Of a DNA stretch of 64,000 nucleotides, positions 35,085-49,635 are shown piece after piece. Source of the stretch: Tubulanus polymorphus (taxonomy: Eukaryota; Animalia; Nemertea); the NCBI RefSeq assembly GCF_964204645.1, contig NC_134027.1:2636485-2700484 (forward strand). Reading direction: 5' to 3'. Within the stretch, counting starts at the first letter, position 1, and each line of letters begins with the position of its first letter. The translations under genes were made by a program, and so were the position numbers. The notes under the pieces are model-generated. The model was given only the letters and a program-made list of their open reading frames with translations, had not been told where the DNA came from and made no database searches.

Positions 35085-37000
35085 TCAATCATACATCGTA
35101 TCAGTAACATGCAAACGAATTCTAGGGGCCACTTTTTTACATTTGTATATAATCTTCCACAATATACGACCAAACCGCTCTTCGCATAAAATGGCCGCGT
35201 CCAAACGCCTCAGCCATTGGACAGTTTCTCTGACGTCATTGGTGATATTTGCCTCGACTGACATCGCGGCAATCAGGTAATTCACTAATAGTATCGCGGA
35301 CATGTAGAAATAGGCTACATAGGCTAAACCGTCCGGGACCATCACAGTTGTTCCTATATCAGTAACACCATTCTCCAGAATGAACATCGTATAGAGTCCG
35401 TTAGTTGTCGTGTTAAATGACGAGTCATCGCCGAAAACCTGCTGGAAATAACCCACTTGAAATACCAACTTCACCAACACCGAAATCAAGATGAAATATC
35501 CCATGATAGCGATCATACGCTGTAGAACCATCGCAAATTGTCCAATGAATGGCACCATTTCAACGACGTACATTAAACTGAGAAATATCAACGGAATGTA
35601 TAAAGCCTTCATAAATCTGAGAAAATAAAGGTTGTTTAGATTCGTATAGGCGGCGATCGCTGTAAGGAGGCAGATTACATTCAAGGCCAACTGGACGAGG
35701 CGATAGAAATATGTGAACGACAAATAACCGCCGACAAACGGAATTCCTAACCCGGCATAAGCTAGCCTTCTGTCTCGGTCAAAAACTTTCACAATGATTT
35801 CAACGACGTCGAAAAATAAGAAAAGTCCACACACGAACAGGATACCAGCCATTGAAATGTTGAACTGTACAGTAAAACTGTCACCGTGAACATTGCTACA
35901 GTCGGTGTATTTAGCTCCAGTTCCGCTAACCTGAGACGTATTCAAACCACGACAAAATTCTAACTGAGGCATCAAATTCAGCACTCTGGGTTCCACTAAT
36001 ATCAAGCATATCAGAAATGCTATGCGGATCAGAAACCATATAACCAGAAAGGGGACATTTCGAATAATTTTGAATTTCATCCACTTGTTCAACAAAGCAT
36101 TTTTGTTCATTTTATATTTCAAGAACTTGTCGAGGTTGTCTATTTTAGTGTAAACCAACATTCGCAGCGGGGAACGAATTTCGCGTTTGTAACTCTGAAA
36201 CGATTCGTATTCGGTAAGGTCATAGGTGAGAGTTTTGTACAAACCCCTCTCTCCTCGATCAACGATATACAACTCTTCAGTTTCGATGATAAGTTGGAAT
36301 AGTCCAAATGTTTGCAATTTTGCCGCGAGTTCTAGTGGACGGAATTTATTGATATCTTCGCCTTTCAATAATTCAATTCTTTCGGCATGCGTTATTTTCG
36401 CAAACAGAAATCTGTAAATATCAATCATGATATCTTCTTGAGACGGACAGTGTCCAGCTGTTATGATTAAGGCATGAATACAATTCATATTACAATGGCC
36501 TCTCGCTAAAACATTGGCGCCATCTTGGATCATTCGTTCGACTACATCCTTAGCGCTGAAAACACAAGCTAACAGTAACGGTCGCTTGAAATCGCCCGGT
36601 TGGTCGTCAATTTTCTTTTTCTCATGTTCGAAGAAAATTCCGTTCAGAAGATTATCGAATTGATCCTTAGAAATGTCTCTTTTTAACTGATCGTATGCAT
36701 TGACGTCGTTATTCTTCACTATTTCGTACCAACACCTGAATCTATCTAACAGTAACTGTGGCTCACCGTCTGTATTGGTAAGAGGTGGTACCTCCTTCAG
36801 AGCGTCTTTTGTCTTATCGACGCATTTCTTTGTACCAGCGTAGTGTCCTGCCAGCCATTCTAGCGTATCTACAAAACGACAATTATAACCAATAGAATTC
36901 ACATTCAACCAATTGAAATTTCGTTACCATCAAGAATCGTACCTCTCGAATTCGTGTTGTTTCGACTTTTCAAATCTGTGATAGGCTCAACTTCGGTCAT
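35085..37000 (-). CDS. Divergent TRPV (TRPV5/6-like) ankyrin-repeat cation channel
   Basis: Exon 1 37000-36928 (MTEVEPITD...), 59-nt GT-AG intron, exon 2 36868-35085. Ankyrin-like motifs (RPLLLACVFSAKDVVERMIQDGANV, RPLELAAKLQTFGLFQLII), TRPV linker GLYKTLTYDLTEYES (cf. TLYDLTEIDS), ~6 TM helices, S6 AILLVNYLIAAMS (cf. LLMLNLLIAMM), TRP-helix-like region. Confidence 0.8.
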
Positions 37001-38212
37001 TGTTTCATCGGAATAAAGACGAAGAAGTTGATATCAAAATTAGGGAATTATTTTCCTTGTGACGAGACACAACGACTGTCGTTGATAGCACCAACTAGTG
37101 AAACTATACTAGCAGAAAATGTCAGTGCAAGTAATAATTTCAATAGTCTCCTTGAAAACAGTTGTTGTTTGAGAAGTCTTTAACGACCCCTTTCTTCAAC
37201 AGGGACTGGTTTTCTAACGTACGGAATAGAAATAGGGACCGGTTTTTATTTCTGAAATTATGTATCGTATTCTGATGATTACACTCTTTATCTCAATACC
37301 TACATATACATAGGTGTAGTCATTCTTATAAAAAAAAACTCATTACGCGGTTTTATAACGTCATCGTCTATTGATGGGGTATGACACTGGGCTTTCAACG
37401 TAGGATCTTATGTTTTAAATATAATATGATAGCTGGAAAGTAGTTAGTTTGAGTTGATTCGGTGTTGGCGGTGTGAATGAGTTGATTCATGTGTTCCACA
37501 GTCGTCTCTGCGATCACCACAGTGGTATTATCTGTAATTAGAACACACGAGTACCGATCCGTCGATTTGGAGCTGTAATCATCACTGAGACCCGATTTAT
37601 TACATTTCAACCTCAACGCCAGATTTCCAACGAATTACATTTAACGCGGTATAAAACGATCCAGTGATCCCCTATAACAAGTAGCTACATATAGCGCAAA
37701 CATTTTATTCATTACAAATTCATAGATTGATTCAAGAAGAAATATACAAAAAGTTGTCAATCAATTAACATAGATCTATATTAACAAGGCGAAAGCGTAG
37801 TATAAGATGACAGCAAGTATTGCGAGTACCGCGGCTCAAGGTAAATCAATGGGGCATCCATCTACAATTCAATTAGATAAATCTTTATTGCTCTTTATCT
37901 TTACAACAACATATCAGAAAACTACAATAAAGAAAGGGAAATACTGACACAAACATGATAATAATAATAGACTAAAATCCACATAGCTTATGAAATATCA
38001 TACATATTCATTTATTCAAGGTCAAAAACGTTGAAGATAAACTGATTCGCTCCAGTTAAGGCCCAGATCGCTAGATTTTGTAGGTTGGGATTCACTTTAT
38101 GAGCGAAATGGACTGCAGTAAAATGAGTCAAAACTCACAAATAATGTATTTGTTTTATTTATTTGTATTGTCAATTTGGGAATGAAAATGAACTAATCGC
38201 TTAAATAGGTGA

Positions 38213-38316
38213 ATGATCCCGAAAACGTTCGTGTTAATAATGCATATTATATATACTCATTAGTAAATGAGAATTATATTTTTATCGCTTTTATAGATTT
38301 CCGGTTATCAGAACTC
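38213..38316 (+). mobile_element. Penelope-like pLTR remnant (3' half of hammerhead plus downstream tail)
   Basis: ATGATCCCGAAAACGTTCGTGTTAATAA is identical to the reverse complement of 51231-51258; weaker similarity continues for ~75 nt. Confidence 0.75.
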
Positions 38317-38507
38317 CACCTATAATCAAATTTCCGTAAATCTATTGACGTCACGCCTACTATTCGCATGCGTTAGGTCGGGTGCTCAATTGTCTTTCCA
38401 GTTTTTACGTTGTATTTTCAATAATCCATTTTGTTCTATTAATCCTCATTCCGAAATAAAACGTCCAAAAACTTGAAATAAGAAATAAATATTTGAGTAA
38501 TCGACGA

Positions 38508-40492
38508 TTATATCTCGCATATAAACAGCAATTTGTCGTTGCAACTAGTATCATTCCATTGAGAATTATCCTCTCTCATTTCTACACATCGTTCGGAATC
38601 GTGATTTGGTTCACCAGAATCCCAATCAGAATTTTGAATTGGCTCCATGTCAGATATCCAAACCCAAGGGCCTCTTGATGACGTAGCTGTTTTTCCGTCA
38701 TAAACACCGATCCATCCTTGGTCTGAATAAAAAAGAAAAAAACATAAAACATGAGGACGATACAGAAACAAGATAAAACACTGAATGAAATGTATTCTCG
38801 TTTTTTCTAAAAGGCGGCCGCGTATCGACTTGCGACTGCTGTACGATCATGTGATGCGATCGGTCCCAAATGCTAGGGACAGACACGTCGCGTTACAGTT
38901 GTGACTGGTTTCGCTGATAGTCGCAAGAAGACATTCGCCCGGCTTAATGTGATGTCCATTCATAAAGTTTTAATTTGATATGAATATTGTACTGCTATCA
39001 TTCAGTTTATATCAAATATAGTTGATCCAGTAAACACAAAAATGCGAAACAAGAATTGGAGGCAATGACGCGGGCATCGATGGTAATAATATTTTCACAA
39101 AATAAATTCATTCGTTCATCCTATTGTAAACTGCAATTAGCTCAAATTGAAATATTATGATTCCCATCGATCTACAGACTTACAAAAGTATGACAAATGA
39201 TTTATGAGCAGGTCTCGAATGAATAAATCGCATTGTTTCAGAGGAGCTGAAATTTAATTTTCGAGTTGCAACGAAGCATCGCGTGAGAAAAAAAAAACTA
39301 ATTACAAACATAGTCACTATATTCTAGAGGGTCATAAATTATCGTCGGTGAAATATGAAAAAACTTAACATTACAATGTTTTACGCAGCCATGCTTACAA
39401 TTAGAATATTTCATTCTCATGTAAATTCGTAGCGAAACTTGTAATTTCTTTGACTTTGGTTCAGCCAATTTCCAACCATTCTCTTTACAATAATCCGTAG
39501 CATCTGTGAATGACTTCTTGTTCTGGATCAATTTATAACAAGATGTGAACTTTTCGAAAAATCCAGTTGGACATTTGCGGTCTGGAAAATTTGAAAAAAA
39601 AATCATGTTGAACATACGCATTAAAATTGAGCTGGCAGGATGCGCGAAATTACTGTAGACTAATTATCAATTAGCCTTAATAATTCACGATTCGACGTGT
39701 AAAAAATATGTATGAATATCATTATGTAATGCATTCAACACGCCTGCTGCAGCATATATGCCAGCGGCGGATCCAGGATCTCAGGAAGGGTGGTGCACAA
39801 ATTAGGAAGGGACCCCCAGAAAAAATTAGTTGCGTGGAGACGTGTTCTATAGGCACGAGTACGTTTCTACTCGCAAATTGAATAACTTCCCAAAATTTCA
39901 CTCTTCACTCTCAGCTTCCTGGTTCATTTGGATTAAGTTCTGAAACTGAGAGCAATTTTGTGTCTGAATAAATTCTAGTTCTTTAATTTTTCAAAATGAT
40001 TTTCTTTCATTAAATTATGTGGTTAATTGATCGTTTTAGCCATTAAAATCAATATGTCCCAAGATGAATTTTGTTCAATGTCCCCAGGACGCTTCCGTAG
40101 ATTTTAGACATATGAATGCTAGTCAAAACTACCCGATTTATATATTCTTACATTTGTGATAAATTATTTTCAGTTGCTTGAGTGGACTTACCGAATCGAT
40201 ATATTGACCTTATATTTCCATCAATTTCGTACCAAAGGTTATCATAGAGGTGACATTCACGAGTGGACGCGGAGGCCACCGAGTCGAATCCACGGCAAGT
40301 AGCAATTTCCATGCTGCAAATCGACGCGCATTCTAAACGGCTGTAGTTACGATCCGTAAAAACCTTGTAAGGAGTTTGTTTTGAGTCGATCGTAGTTTTA
40401 GTGAATCTCCGATAAGAACCGGCCATTGACTGCTCGACTCCAAAATATATCAGCCAGAATGAAATACTTGCGATACGAAATAAAGTATTCAT
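38508..40492 (-). CDS. Secreted PAN/apple domain + C-type lectin domain protein
   Basis: Exons 40492-40192, 39581-39399, 38722-38508. Signal peptide; PAN-like SRLECASIC...CRGF...CHLY; CTLD with CPTGF..SCY, WIG, EPN, WND and FICE motifs. Confidence 0.9.
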
Positions 40493-41718
40493 TGTATTTT
40501 ACTATTTTCAGCCTTCTCTTTTCATTAAAATTAACGAAATATAGATAGAATATCAGTGTTGATCGTGGTCGAACGATTTACGAATATTCGTTGAAACGGA
40601 AATCTTTAGCATCCATTATTCACTCCGGCGTCCCCCGTTCAAACTTGATGAATATAAGCGTCTAATTGATAACACGATGAGCGTCAATACGAGCGAATGT
40701 CGGGATCTCTCGGGCGGATGATGGGGATGCGGCTTTTATTATTCCCTATTTCATCTGTAATTCATCTGGATCACCATTAAACAACCGTCATCGATTTAAT
40801 GGTATAGTTTGGGAGTAGTAAGGCGTATTTTTATATGACGCGTGTCACTGAACCGTGTCGAGAATTCATTGATGAAGCTTATTTTCTAAAAGCCGTCGCA
40901 ATGCGGCAACCTCGTTTTGCTTTTTTGGTCATGAAAGTCTCAGATCGGTTCACTGTTGCCTTAATGCTTAATCGGCGGTTCCTATTCATAACAACATCCG
41001 TACAACCGACGGTTCGCTGCGCAAAACCGGCGAGTTGGGAATGTGGCTATACATCACAACACGTGTTATTAGACTGGAATAAGAAACCAATGCAATTATA
41101 ACGGTTTCTCTCGCGACGCTGAAATAATTCACAGTTTTCACGGCGTGGGGACTGAATCGATTAAATTACACAAACCATGACTCGCTGCTTTTATTGAAAA
41201 CTGGTGTGAACGTCTTTAGTTAATACGTCGGTTTTAACTAGAATTTGAAACGATAACGAACAGGTTAATGGACTGCGCTTTTATGCTGTTTGAACTATAA
41301 TTCAGTCACATTTTAAAGCGCAGCCACCTTCAAACTAATCATCAAATTAATCATGTTTCACGAACGCGTACGTACGTAGCATGGTGACCCGCAGCAGTTT
41401 ACCTAACACTTCGATGATCGCCAAGCCTCATGTGGTAATAACGAATGCCCCGCTTGACCCTCAAAACACGTAATATCGTTCCAATTCCAAGAATAGTAGA
41501 AAGAAATGGAAAACTAGAATGGTCAAGGAAGTAATCGAAAGTACCTTTAGAGCATTTATCCCGACAAGGAAGAGGGAATTATATCATTTTGCGCATGATA
41601 ATCAAATATCGAATAACCAGCATTCACGCAAACATGAAATTACTTCCTAGTTTCATTCAGCATTTTAATATAAATTTGTTATGTTCTTTAAGAACTACAC
41701 GCAGTATATGGATGCACG

Positions 41719-44178
41719 ATGCTGGGTCTCAGTACGATGTTTTATATCATAATTCGATTATCATTACTAATCTTAACTGAGTGTCGATTCAACACAGCGG
41801 AGACAAACAGAATAACGAACAATCAAACATTGGACGGAGACATGTATTGTAAGTTTGATCTATCGGACAGCGTAATTGCAGAATTCAAACGAAACGTCTC
41901 GACTACGAAATCGACTTTTACTTATATAACATTAAATGGGATTGAATTCATAGAGAGACGTAACGAGTTAAAGCCGTTTATAAATCCACGTAACTGGTAT
42001 TGGACATTTGGTAATGAAACAGTGACTGGCTATCCGAATTTGCGCTATCCATGGGATACATATAAATTGTCGTTTGGATTAACACCTTATTACTATGCTA
42101 GTATCCATTTAACACCACAGCTGCAACCACCCGGTTGTACGAAAAACAAAAATCAGACACAATTCATGACTACAGTTGTGTCTAATCTCTTGCATCTACT
42201 ACAGAATGTGAGCCATACGAAATACTTCTTTTGCCTAATGGTCAAGAACCCTAAGTTCGGTTTCCATAACCGAATCGCGCATAGTGTTGGAGTAATGCAA
42301 GGATACGTGCTATATCGGTGTTGTTCGGTTAAATCTGCTGCAATTATAAATTGCACGTTAGAAGTGAAACAAACTGAATATTTAAGTTTGAGTAAAATAA
42401 CTGGCGTTTTATTGTTTCTCTTTTTGCCACTAATCGTAATCTGCATACCCGAACAACGACGCCATAGCGAGAAACTTAAAGCCCCGAGGGAGCTGACGGA
42501 CTGCATCGGTGAATTTAGAATATTCGACGAAGCCTTAAATGACTGGATACCAGTGGATAGTTATGAACTATTAGGGTTAGGTTACATATTACGGACGATA
42601 CTGCTATTCGATTCGCCTTCAAATCTCATATCCAGGTTAAGAAGGATTTCATGTGTTGTTTTATCACCGATTGTATTATATATTGCCATTTATCGATACA
42701 AAACAGACGCGTATGCAATGGAAATGTTATCTGATATGTTAGAGAAAGATCTACCTATCGGGCCGTATGCCATTATGTTTGGTTTTGAAAAAGCATATGA
42801 TAATTGGAGAGGATTTTGTGGAGGCCCACATGTTTGCTTTGCCTTTTTCATTATAGGGGCTTCGGTTTTGCTTTGCATACCAGTACGATTAGCAGAATTG
42901 TTGACAAATCATCTTCGCGTACCGGCCGTTACGAGCACGTTTATTTTCCCGTCGGCCGACGATGTGGCCAAATTTGGATCCCATACTTTCACTAGAAAAA
43001 CATTCGGATTTGAAATACTGTTCCATTACTTCGTGGCACAAATACTGATGGTTCTGAACCCGATATTTTGGTGCCACTTTGCGCATGTGTGGTACTCTCG
43101 ATTACTTGCGATAGTAAATTACATAAAAGCTAATTTCCCGTTGCACAGTTGTTCGCTCATGATTGGTTTGCTCAGATGGAGTTTCGTGATTGCTGTTGTT
43201 GCGATTGTTTTTCTGGTTGCGTTACTGGAAGGTTTAGTCACGTTTTTCATGCATCTCATTCCCATGCTTAATTTTTACCCGTTCCTCACGAAGGCGTATG
43301 CATATTTCTTTTACGAACAATTCTCAATATTTTTTCACCGAGGTAACCGATTTCGAATGATGAATGTAGCTTTGTTGCTCGTTTTAGTGGCTTTGGCACT
43401 TGGTTATCTGGTATCGGTTTATGTTGTCATATTTTTACACTCGTTTATCATTTCTTGTATGATTTTTGTATTTGTGTTTGGAGGGTTGCTTATCAATTGT
43501 AAAAACTACCTCGTTATTGGTTATGCGACTATGATAACTACTACAATCTATTATCTCTCAAACAGCCTTGTGTCTTTAGCTAATTGCTATAATAATATAT
43601 TTTTAGACACTTTGAAAGCTGCTAAAAGCGAGCATGTCTCGAACAACGTTCTCCGCCCGCCACATTCCGCTATGCAAAGTTTATCAAAGTTCTTAATTCT
43701 CAACGTTGAACAAACAGAACGAAATCCGATCGAAGTTCTTATGAACGGAGTCCGCTTTATTCCGACGCAAGAATCTTTGAATGATGAAAGTGAGATATAT
43801 TCTCGCCCTGCAACGAAGGTTTATTGTTCTTCCTGTCTCATGTATCGTCACAATATACCAGCAATTTCGCGAAATCTTTTTGACCACGTAGTAAGAAACG
43901 TCAGGCCTTTACGCCGTGAAATAGGGGTTTCTGTCGTAAAAATGGCCGCCATACTTCTGTTCCTCTACATCGCTGTTACAATCATCCAAGCTTATTGTTT
44001 TGTGTATAAGTTGTCTTATATGGCCCAAGTTGTCGGTATGTTGACTGCAACTGCGATGCCCGCTATTTTTCTAATGCTCAGACCTGCCGGGTCACGTCAG
44101 ATCTCTAAACTTGCGCAATATCATCACGTCGTGGAAGAGGTACGTCAATACCATTATTTACATAATACCATATTGTAG
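41719..44178 (+). CDS. Intronless uncharacterized multi-pass membrane protein (819 aa)
   Basis: Single 2.46-kb ORF; hydrophobic N-terminal signal, Cys-containing ectodomain with several N-x-S/T sequons, then roughly 10-12 hydrophobic segments. Confidence 0.85.
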   Translation: MLGLSTMFYIIIRLSLLILTECRFNTAETNRITNNQTLDGDMYCKFDLSDSVIAEFKRNVSTTKSTFTYITLNGIEFIERRNELKPFINPRNWYWTFGNETVTGYPNLRYPWDTYKLSFGLTPYYYASIHLTPQLQPPGCTKNKNQTQFMTTVVSNLLHLLQNVSHTKYFFCLMVKNPKFGFHNRIAHSVGVMQGYVLYRCCSVKSAAIINCTLEVKQTEYLSLSKITGVLLFLFLPLIVICIPEQRRHSEKLKAPRELTDCIGEFRIFDEALNDWIPVDSYELLGLGYILRTILLFDSPSNLISRLRRISCVVLSPIVLYIAIYRYKTDAYAMEMLSDMLEKDLPIGPYAIMFGFEKAYDNWRGFCGGPHVCFAFFIIGASVLLCIPVRLAELLTNHLRVPAVTSTFIFPSADDVAKFGSHTFTRKTFGFEILFHYFVAQILMVLNPIFWCHFAHVWYSRLLAIVNYIKANFPLHSCSLMIGLLRWSFVIAVVAIVFLVALLEGLVTFFMHLIPMLNFYPFLTKAYAYFFYEQFSIFFHRGNRFRMMNVALLLVLVALALGYLVSVYVVIFLHSFIISCMIFVFVFGGLLINCKNYLVIGYATMITTTIYYLSNSLVSLANCYNNIFLDTLKAAKSEHVSNNVLRPPHSAMQSLSKFLILNVEQTERNPIEVLMNGVRFIPTQESLNDESEIYSRPATKVYCSSCLMYRHNIPAISRNLFDHVVRNVRPLRREIGVSVVKMAAILLFLYIAVTIIQAYCFVYKLSYMAQVVGMLTATAMPAIFLMLRPAGSRQISKLAQYHHVVEEVRQYHYLHNTIL

Positions 44179-45123
44179 AATATTGAAGTCAGATGCTTCA
44201 TTCTGAAGTCGATCACCGTCTCGCTTTCCAGGGTTTGGTTGCCTAGCTCCTACCGATGCTTTGCCAATTTGTGCTGGCATGAACTTCGGCGGGGGACCCC
44301 GAGGGTGCTCCAAAGTCTATATTATGATAAAGCGTGATTGCACTCAAGACTCATAAGTATTAAACTAGAAATTCTGTGTCATAGATAACCGGGCCCGACA
44401 GGTCAACCCTCCGAGGACTCGTGTTCTATAAATATTTTTATTTTCTTATTCTATGTAACATTGTGTGTGAATCTGATTAATCGGAAAATAAACAAAAAAC
44501 ATATCAACTAAATGTCTCCTTGTCATCTACTGGGGAATCGGCACTGTTGTCCCGCTCGAGCTCATTGGGAGATGCTGGCTATGTGATCCCGGACTGCAAT
44601 AAATGATTTGGAAGCCGAAGGGTGTTGGAAGCAGGTGGCAGTTGAGGGTTATAAGGGTATCGGAAATGACTATGTCCGGATTGTGAAGCGATTGTCCGAG
44701 GCGGGTTTGTAACGGATTTCGGAGTTGGTGGCAATGGTGAGATAGGTTCGGAGCCCCGGTCCGGTGTCTCAGGCCACTGTCGCCTCCCCCACCGCCGCCT
44801 TGCACTGAATCAGCACGATAAAAATGTATAATTTTGGAACACCAAGTTCTTTTTGGCAACGATTAATTTGTCCCTGTATTAAAAGAAAACATTGTTCAAA
44901 ACGTTTAAAATAAAAGGTTCGAATACTGAACGTCGGCCCGGCGCGCCCCCGCTATCACACTCGATGGGTGGCTCCGAGAATATCCAAGTTAAAGCATTCA
45001 ATGCGCTCCTCATCCGTTCCGTATTTGACTTTATTTCCGGTGTCCTTGGTTTCGCCGATTCCAACACGAATTCTAACGAATTACAGTAAATCAACTAATT
45101 AAATAATACTTATCAGATTGAAA

Positions 45124-48732
<3,609 letters not shown>

Positions 48733-49635
48733 ACGAATGGATTTAACAGACACTCTGAATTTCAGATGTTACTAGTGTATTTTATGTGCTGAGAGATGAA
48801 ACCCTGTATAGAAGATTGTTTGTGTAATTGTTTGCACGGTGATTATAATTGTAAGAATCCTAGGTGAACTCGAGTGATACCTACAATACGATTCTTGAAT
48901 ATGATTGGAGTTTTTCGATATGATACAGTAATACATTAAAAGCATTGCCGATTTGTATCATATATCATATCATGTAAAATGGCTGATAACGGAAGAGTTT
49001 TCTTTACCAAATATTATTAAATGTTGTTTTGCGAGAGCTTTAAACATTGTGTAGAACAGTAATGCATATTATATACTTGGCGTTAGTGTTACAAGTGTAC
49101 CGACCCCTGCGAATAGGTACATTCAAACTTGGTTTACAAGCTCTTCTGTAACTAATCAGTTTGTCACGAGTTGAAAAAATTTGTATTTATAAATAAATTG
49201 TTGATAGATAAATTATTCAATATTCCTTCTTATTTCTGAGGCCTTGTGATTTATTGTGCGGGTTTTTCGGTAGACTCTCTCGGTGAAATATCAGATACAA
49301 GTTACTGTACTCGCTAGAGAAATAGTTTTACAAATAGTTATATTAATCTCAATTTATTCATATCACAGAAAATTACATACCGAGTATCAATATAAAATCG
49401 TACAAAATAGATATCAATTCGTAATTCGACACGTATGCATAAACCAAGTTTTTTTTTTACATTCGATACTGCAGCACATTTTGACTTAGGCTTCATATAT
49501 TCAGCACAAGCATTTGATGAAAATTAATCACATTTCTATTTGCATGTTCGATGGTTTTCAACGTTATTAATTGGCTAAAATCATTTCTATAATAGCACAG
49601 TCTCCAAAATGAACTCTCATCAAAAAAATTACTGA

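Noticed and set aside
36869-36927. Apparent frameshift between ATG 37000 and the 607-aa TRPV ORF
   Set aside because: Explained by a 59-nt GT-AG intron (G|GTAACG...TTTTGTAG) that restores the frame.
42153-43887. Antisense and alternative-frame ORFs inside the 819-aa gene
   Set aside because: Short shadow ORFs with no independent support.
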